Assembly (NCBI GenBank): GCA_050273025.1
Contig: CP158635.1
Location: 32,860,001 to 32,924,000, forward strand
Source of the DNA: Cenococcum geophilum
Taxonomy: Eukaryota
DNA: 64,000 nucleotides
Direction of reading: 5' to 3'
Below, piece by piece: positions 55,503 to 64,000 of the stretch. The position numbers and the translations under genes were made by a program. Every line of letters starts with the position of its first letter. Positions within the stretch are counted from its first letter, which is position 1. Below the pieces are notes generated by a model, which worked only from the letters and a program-made list of their open reading frames with translations, did no database searches and was not told the origin of the DNA.

Positions 55503-57289
55503 CTTTATGGGCAAGGCGCGCTTACTTTCTTATCCTAGTTTAGCTAAGACCTAACCTTAACTTCGACTATAAAAGGCCTTCTCCCTTACTGCTTTTGCCC
55601 TTATGCTCTATCTCCTTTTTTCTTCCCGCTACCGTACTACCTTAGACTCTAGCTGTTAGCTATAAGGCATTTTTTATCCCCTTAGCGTCTATATAGGTGC
55701 TCTACCCCTTCCCTAATCTCCGTATATTATGTTTTATACTAACAATTACCTAGCGCTATAACTCTTTGGCCCTTTCTATAGGATATATTTATACTCTCTT
55801 CTAGTATTAACGCATACTTTAGTCCTACTATATTCCTCCTTTCTTCTCTCTTCTTTCCTCTCCTCCTGCCTACGTCTCCTACCAATTAGTACACTGGAAT
55901 AACATTTCCGTTTACCCTCTTCTTTACCTTCGCCTCTAGTAGTGTCTTAAACGTAACTACAATATACGACTTAATCCCTATTGGAATAGCTATAAATAGC
56001 TATACCGAGAACCGCCTAGTAATAGATTATATAGGTTATAGCTGCTGCAAGCTACGGGATGCGTTAGGCAGTATTATATTATAGCATTATAATAAAGACA
56101 AAGCCGGACGCCAAAGTGGGTCCTTAGTAAAACTATAGGCTAATACTACTTACTTAGCTTAGTTAAAGCTGCGCTGCTAGAAGCTGGAAGCCCTTGCCCT
56201 CCTTAGCCCCTTTTTAACCTAGACTTAGACCTTACTCTTTCCTAATAATTAGAGGATTGTATTACGATTAGAGAAGCCGCCGGGCTTTAGTTTAATTCAG
56301 CCCCCTATTTAGCTAAGGAGGTACGGGTTATATGGAAATATCCTTTATATAGACCTAAGACTTATAAGGTAGAATTTAGGGATAAACGGCCTATTTAGTA
56401 GTATAGTATAGCTTCTAGTAAAGCTAGTGTTATAATCTTGCTCTTAGCTAATAAATACTAGAGAAAAATTCGCGTATTTAATCTCCTAACGGAGACAGAC
56501 TTTATATGGTGGCTGTATTAGCTAGAAGGGCGCAGTAAGATAGATACGGGCGTAATTACTTAATCTACTCGCGCTATCTGCCCCCTTATATTATTTGTAA
56601 TATCTAGCTGTAGATAAGGGTAAAAGTAAGGCTTTTGCGTATATTTAGAAGGTTAAGTAGTAGCTATAGGCTTTGTAGAGTGTGACTAAGGAAGTTCCTT
56701 AAATCTAGGGGAGAGATTTAAGGATGCCCTTATTACTTAGAGTGTCTTTTAATACTTACAGCAGAATTACAGCACGCCCCTTACCTCTTTAACCCTAGGA
56801 ACTATAGTCTTATAGAGGATTTAGTATAGAAGATTTAGTTTGCTAATATAATTAGGTTAAAAAACGGATATATTAGCGCTAGCTCTAACTCTAAGAAATA
56901 AGGGTAGAGGTACTTTACTACTAACGTCCTTAATAAGGAGGCTTAGTGTAATGCCCCTGTTAGAGGCTAAATATGCTAGCTTAGTTAGTTAGGTCTTAAT
57001 CGCAGTTTCTAATAAGTGTTAATCTTATAATAGAGTTGAAGCCTATATAAACCTTTATGCGTTATAAATGGTAATTGCTAGTAGAGTGTAAATTACACGT
57101 TTTAATTCGCTATTAAGTTAGTGGGGTTATTTTAGCGTAGATGCTGCGGATATAAGCTAGTAGTAAAGAAGGGACTGGCGTAGACTTAAAAGCCTAGCGT
57201 AACCCGTCCTTTAGGGCTATTAGAAAGGTATAAAGCAATAATAATTCTAATAATAATGGCGGTAGTAATAGTGGCATCTTCTTAACCCC

Positions 57290-58841
57290 TTTGTTTTAAT
57301 TTATAAATTTCACTTAATGGTATTAATTTCTATACTGCACCTCCTAAAAAACTAAAGGCTTCTTAGTATTATATAATTATAGCTTTTAGGGCAAATATAA
57401 GTAATATACTTAAAAAGAGGATAAAAAAGGGGAGAGTACCTCGCTTCCCTTTAAGAGATAATTCTATAAAATATTTGGCCTAGTTGCGCTTAGGTAAGTT
57501 ATTCTATATTACCTTTTTTAAACATTTTACCTAATAAGGCACCCGCAAATTCTAAGGTTTTTAATAAGTATAAAGATATTTATAAGAATATAAGTAACAG
57601 CTAAGACATTAGAGGAAGCAATTAAGGTAATTTAGTAATTATCCCCTCTTTCTATTCCTAATAACTATAAATATATCTAACAGTTAGCAGCAAATCTAAT
57701 ATTTATTAAAGATAATATAGCTAACCTAGACTTAGAACCTAAAGCTAAAGGTAATAAAGTTAGTAATACTAGTAATAAAGCTAGTAAAGTCGGCGATTAA
57801 CTAGCACCTTATGGGTTAGGTATATACTTCCCCCCTATATAATATCCTTGCTTAATAATTATTAGGTAGCGGAAATAACCGTAGCAATAAGGATAATAAG
57901 AATAAGGAGTTACCTTCTTTAGAGGAGCTAGAAGATCTCTTTAGCGCATTTATATATAACCATCTTAAACTTATAGTAAAAGGCGTTAATGGAATAGATA
58001 GCCTAGCTGGGGGAATTAATATTATAACTGTCCCCTAGGCTATATAGAAGTTGGAGACCTATATAGTAACTAACTAAGACTTAATAGTTAATAATACGGA
58101 TAATATTGGTAAGTTATAGATATTAAAAATATCGTTACTATAACCTAATAACTGTAATATATAGACAATCCGCTTATTAGGGAGAAGGGTAATTATAAGA
58201 AAGGAAATATAGGAGGTAAATTATCCTTTATGCTAAGGAAGCGGAAGCTTAAGTAGGACGTTACTAATTATAATTCTAATAACCCTACTAAAGAGAGTAG
58301 CGGGGGTGGTAAGGGTGGTAAAGGTAGTAATAGTTCACGTCCCTAAAAGTAATAAAGGCTACCTACTTACTGCGAAGACTTGTCTTCTAGCCCCCTTATC
58401 CCTCCTATTCTTAACCTTAACTCTTAATACCCACAAGTTAACTAGTAAGTAGTATCCACTCTATAGCCCGCTAGCCCTTCGCTTTAGGAGCCTACCCTTC
58501 TTTATAGTATTAAACTACTATATAATAAGGCTAGCAGTTATATTTATAATAAGGAGGACGGTAATAGTAATGGCGTCGCTAATAACTAAAGCGACGTTTT
58601 AAACCTAGAGCCTACTATAAAGCGCTATACCCGGACTAAAAAAGAAAAAATTAATAAAATAAGCTTAGATGATAAATAGGAGATTAATAATATTCTAGGG
58701 GAAAGAATAACTAAGTTAGGACGCAAATATAAGGTGGCTTAGAAGCTTACCTAGGTTTATAAAAGCGGGCTTTTAAATTCTAAAGATGCCCTTAAGTCTT
58801 ACTAAAGACGCGTTCGACAAGCTAAAGCTAGATTATTATAG
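57290..58841 (+). pseudogene. Acidic low-complexity protein with C-terminal chromodomain-like module (Starship terminal gene)
   Basis: ISLNGINFYTAPPKK, N(P)IFI(E)D(D)IA(D)LD, ELPSLEEL. C-terminus DDK(W)EINNILGERITKLGRKYKVA(W)KLT(W)VYKSGLLNSKDALKSY at 58668-58802. Confidence 0.75.
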
Positions 58842-59699
58842 GTATACTCTTTTTCTAAAGTTACGGAGATAAAGGGCAGAGTTGCCGTATAGAAGAGACG
58901 GGGCTAGTAGCTTAGGCGTATTCTTATATTTTAGTTAGTCTTGCGGAAATAAAAAGCTGGGGTTTGCATTTAGTGGTCTAATTATTTAAGTGCATTTTCT
59001 TAAGGCGGTGTTGCTGTATGCAGCCGTTTTTATCCAAATTTTGCTGCTAACTTATTTGTATTATATATATCTAATAAAAACAGAGCCTTATAAGTTATGA
59101 GACTTATTATATTACTAGGCATTATAATACCTATTTATTTATATTACGAATCCTCTTTCACTATTAATATACTTAAAAGAATTTGATAAATTATAAACTT
59201 CTTTATACTTAAGATATGCTAATCTACTAAGATTACCGTTAAATATAAAAAGTGCTAAAAGAGACTAAGATATTCCTTAAAGATAAATCGCATTATCCTC
59301 TACCTTAGCGCTATTATATAAGGTAAGCAAGCGTATTTTAACCTAATACCTATAATATAAAGTACGGCACAGTTTAGGAGCTCGCTAGTAACTAGAAATT
59401 ATCCAGTATATCCTAAATAAAGAATAGTTAGTATATTATACTATATATAAGAATAGTAAAACCAATAGACTTATAAAGCATAAAACTTACCTTTATTAAC
59501 GCTAATAACGCCTAAGAAATAGGTAAAGTATAAATATAGACAGAGTAGCCTTTAGATTTTTAAGCTAAAGATAAGATTTTGTAAACATTAAAAGGAAAGC
59601 CTTAAGAGTATAAAGGAAATGCCGCGGCGCCGTTACTGGGGATAAATTCTATAAATCTACGAATAAGTTTAGATAGTTAAAATTCCTAGTTTTATAAAC

Positions 59700-60720
59700 C
59701 TACCTTATTTATCTATTTCTTTAATTACGTTATCTATATGGTTATATTTACCGTTCTAATAGCCTCTAATAATAACTCTAAAGGCCCCTAGGGACTTTAA
59801 TTTGGGAAATATTCCTTATTTATAACTATATAATTACAGCACCTGTTATACCAACCGCGTGCTTACGCGTTTACGCGTTCGGTGCACCAACCACCCACTT
59901 ACGCGTTTGGTGCACCCCTAAAGCACTAACTAATTAGGGGGAGGTCGCATTAGTATATAGACCACGTAGTCTGCTTTAATAGAATTAACAGTCACCACCA
60001 TCTAAATGAGCATACGATACTATACGTATTTCGTGCCCCTGGATACGACTCAATTGTACCATTAAGTTGGTATAAACAATAACAATCTTCTATATTATTA
60101 TTAGAAAGCTTATAAAAGGCAATATAACGCATTAAGATATAATAATAAGCCGATTTAAAGGCAAAAATTTCGCCCTTTTAAGGCGTACTTAAATATAGAG
60201 CTTAGGCTTAAACGGAGTATAAAGCGAGAGGAGGAGACCTATTAATTAATAAACTAGCGAAGTCGATTAGCTTTACGTTTAAGTATTTATCTAAGAGAAT
60301 GTTATAGTATAAAATATTACTATATATAATATATCTAAAGTAAATATATTTAAGAACGTCTATAAGCTATAAAATCTAACACATTTATAAAAGTTAATTA
60401 ACGTCATTGCTTTTATCCTAAAGAAACCTATAAAGCTAGCCGTTTAAAGCGCGTTCTAGATATATTACCGTGCGGTTATCCTTTTAGAAAAGTTCGCTGC
60501 TATAGTATTATAAGAGTTTATTATATTAACCGAGTCTCTTATAGATCTCCTTTTTAACTTTAATAAAGCGTTAAGAATTCGCGTTATTTAGAGCTTTAAT
60601 AACCTTATTTTAAAGTTTATGGCAATATATAGTACCCGAAATTCCCTAGCCAATAAGATTCTTACAGCTGCAGCTAGGGGGTGGCACTATAATAAGGTTT
60701 ATAAGTGTTAAAGTAGTAAA
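59700..60720 (-). pseudogene. Second small protein kinase pseudogene, interrupted by a solo LTR
   Basis: LIG.GISGTIY...VIKA...(E)KEIY(E)RLG...YLERA.NG; II(H)(G)(D)I...NILLDKYLNVKLIDFA at about 60255-60330. Confidence 0.8.
59844..60084. mobile_element. Probable solo LTR
   Basis: tgttataccaac ... gttggtataaaca(ataaca) inverted TG..CA termini; little RIP; repeated acgcgt and ggtgcacc motifs. TSD not clean; right end is 60078 or 60084. Confidence 0.65.
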
Positions 60721-61599
60721 GGGCTTTAAAGGGGTGGAAAAAATCCCGGTGTCTAGCTAACTAATCTATTATTTACCCTAGATTTTAGACGCTATTCTCG
60801 GACAAAATTAGTTTTTATAGTAGATATACTAACCCTAGGTCCTCTGTCCAAGCTATACTAAGTCTTATTTATTCTAAACCTTATTTTAAAAATATAATAA
60901 CGAAAATGTTTTACAGGACTCTACATTCCTTAATAGTCTGTATAAAAATTTCTAATTATTTCTACGCACCTATAAAACATTCCTTTGCATAATTAGATGG
61001 TAGTATTTCCGTAGCCTCTAATATATAGCACCCTTAATTTAGCAGCAAGTGAGCCGGCTTACCTACCCCTATAGCCTAAGCTTTTTAGCCATCCATATAA
61101 TCTATCCTTTATTCCGTTGCTTTGCTATATATTTCTTAAGTGCTTATTTAAAGGCTTCTCTTCTAGTTTTTACCCCTCGCTCTATATTGCAATTAGTCCA
61201 GAAAATTATATTATTAAAGGATATATACGTAAACAGTAGCGTAAAACCGTAAGTTTATTAGGAAGCTTCTTATAAGCTTTACCGGAAATATTATACACAC
61301 TAACTACATACTTAATACCTTTTTTATAAATTATATTATAAAAGATCTCTAAACTTAATATAGTATAGTTACTAAGAGGCATTGCGATATAAATAAGCAT
61401 AGAGTGATTGCCATTGGTTATGCGAACGCTTTTATTAAAGTTAGCGGCAAGGACTTAAAATCTTACTACTATAGGGGCGGCTTTAAGAGTTGCAAGAGCG
61501 GCTATAAGAGTATCCTTAGGATTAGGAACCTCGCTAGGAAGATATAATATAGTAAGTAATAAGAATATTAGCTCTAGAGGTCTGGACTTAGTGGTCTAT

Positions 61600-62200
61600 T
61601 AATATATTAGCCAATAAAACGATAGTATACGCTATGCTATATATATGTTAAAGACCGGTTAAAGGTTAAGTATACTATACGTAGCTAATATATTGCTAGA
61701 ATAATGAGGGTATACGCAGGTCCGAACCCAGTACGCTAAATATATTAAAAGGCGGCGTTGATAACTTAATACGGATATATAGTTACACGTAGTAAAGGTT
61801 AGTAGAGGGCTGACTATAATTTAGTTTAACCCTAATTATTTAGAGGCAGTAAAAGTATATATAAGTCTAAAATCGGAGGCGCTAATTAACCTAGAAAGTA
61901 AAAACGGAACACTAATTACCTATAAAAAAATCTATTAGTGGGCTACTATAGATATAGAGGCGTTCTAGCAGCTAAGCTGGCAAGCCCTAAAGTGCTAAAT
62001 TATACTAATATTCTCCTAACTCTAAGCTAAGTAATAGGCTTAAGGTATAGGGCTATATATAAGGGCTTAGTTTTAGTGCTAGTTAATATACAAAAGCTAG
62101 TATATTTTAGATTAATAAGTAAGAAAGCGGGTAGTATTTAGTTCTTTCTTAAATTAGTAGTTTACCCCGTAAATTACAGCTTAGACTTTAAAATATAAAA
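61600..62200 (+). pseudogene. Unknown protein pseudogene, paralog of 13700-14420
   Basis: About 280 bp of inverted homology to 13835-14112. Confidence 0.55.
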
Positions 62201-64000
62201 GTCTAACTATTTAAGAGGGGTAAAGTAAATGCGCTATACTTTAGCTTGTGCTTAGGTATATATTCCCCTAATTACCCTAATTACCTATTTATAATAAAAC
62301 CTATAGATATTTAGACCGTTACTTATTAAGGCTTTGTTATATAACTAGAAGTAATTAGCTAAGTTATAGAGCGCTAGCATATCCCCACTCCTAGCCTTTA
62401 AAAATTTAGTATACTTCTAGTATAAAAGTTTTATATAATAATAAAAGACTTTACGTAAGGCCTTCTATCCTAAAAATAAATAAAAACTATAATCTAGTTT
62501 TATATAATAAGGTATAGAGCTAGAGACGCGTTTAGTAGCTTTAATAAAGTATATCTTAACCTTAGCTATATAAGGCAATTTTAGATAATACTACGTGCCT
62601 TTAAAGGAGGAGTTATACCTTAGCCGAGTTTTTTAAGGAAGTTTAAAGGTAGTAAGAGGCTTTAAGCTTTAATAAAGTCTATATATAGCTGCTACCTAGG
62701 AAGAAAATTCCTCCTAAATAACTTAATAGTTCCTTATATATACCTCTCACAGCCTTAGCTTTTTTACAGCCTCCCCCCTTAAGTTACTAAGCTCTAGTAT
62801 CCGGAATATAAAGTCTCCCTACTCTTGCTTAAGATATATACGTTTAAGGCATAACTAAAGTATATAGCAATTATCTCTAAGGAAAACCTTATCTAGTAGG
62901 AAGTCATCTATAGCTTTAACCTTCTTAGGTAGAAAGACGTAATCCTACTATAGGCCATATACCTTAAATTAAAGGCCCTTATCTAGCGGGGGATTATTTA
63001 TAGCTTTAAAATTCTTAAATAGAAAGGTCTTGCCTTCTCTTTGCGCTTTATAGGTTATATTAATAGAACGGCTAACGTAAATTTTAAAACTACTAAGCTA
63101 GTATTAGCCTAAGAAGTAACTAAAATAACTAAGAACTAACCCATTCCTCCTACAATTAGTTTTAGTATAGGAGGATTTAGGGTTCAATATTGTGGCTTCC
63201 TCTAAGTTATTAGGGCTAATAGGTCGGTTAGGGTATTTAGGGTTTAAATATTTCCGTATGGCTTTCTCTAAGTCACTAGGGCTAATAGGTGTATTATAAG
63301 ATATCGCGTTATACTATTAGTGTTTAATATAAAGTAACTAAGCTTATAGTAAAATGATAGTAACGTTCGTGATATATTCTATAAGAGAGTATCCCTATTT
63401 ATATTAGTAGAGGTTACTAAAGCATTACTATAGTAGCTTACTAAAAGAAATAGATATATATTAATAAATATAAAGTAAATGCTAAAATATAGTATAAGAA
63501 TAACCGTAGCGCATAAGAGCTATAACACTTTTAACCTTTTATATTTTCTTACTATCTAGGTAAAAGCAGTAAGAGTTATACCTAATAATGTATTTACTAA
63601 GAGACCACCTAAAAAGGCTAATAAACGCCCTATTATCTAGTATTGTGGGAAGAATACTAGTATAAAGCCGGAAATTAGGAGTAGAAAGGCAAGTATAGTA
63701 ATACCGGTAACAACTGGGAAATCCTTCTTAAAAATAGTTTTTAAAATATTTATATAGAATCTCCACAAGAATAGAGCCTAATTTTTAGTTAGTAATTTAC
63801 TTTAAGAGGCTATATATATAAACCTTAATAGCTAGTCCAGTGCACTAGAATAGCTCCAATAATATATATAATAACTTAGCCGAAATAGGAGAGATGTTTT
63901 TAAGCTAGTAATAAAGGGAGACTCCAAAAATAGTTTAGAGAGGAAGGAAGTAAATCTTTTTTTAAAAGCGGAGAAAACACTATAAGGTGGTTAGTAAATA

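Noticed and set aside
62270..64000. Possible NLR/NACHT or other cargo gene
   Set aside because: No convincing Walker or other family motif was readable on either strand.

Overview
AT-rich fungal (Pezizomycotina-type) DNA mutated throughout by repeat-induced point mutation (RIP): TpA is in excess and TAA/TAG replace CAA/CAG/TGG. No intact gene is visible; products were recognised by manual translation and reversing C>T/G>A changes. The window is best read as a cluster of dead Starship giant transposons. A DUF3435 tyrosine-recombinase 'captain' pseudogene (about 52563-55072, minus) sits head-to-tail against the apparent 3' end of a second Starship, at a TTAC(N7)A junction (55452-55463) bracketed by an imperfect inverted repeat. 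A third, oppositely oriented Starship 3' end at about 47356 is inserted in a Gypsy relic, at a position that reads TTAC(N7)A in a related intact Gypsy. The two 3' ends are homologous. Each carries an inward-facing paralogous gene with a shared acidic N-terminus but a different C-terminal module: Myb/SANT plus AT-hook in one, chromodomain in the other. Cargo-type pseudogenes include a FunK1 kinase, an AAA ATPase, two small protein kinases, a BTB/POZ protein and unknown genes. Superimposed are two full-length chromoviral Gypsy elements with matched LTRs and TSDs, one near-full LINE, two 5'-truncated LINEs with TSDs, a MITE, a DNA-transposon relic, a probable solo LTR and several tandem arrays. 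The Starship boundaries are inferences from manual alignment; pseudogene ends are approximate.
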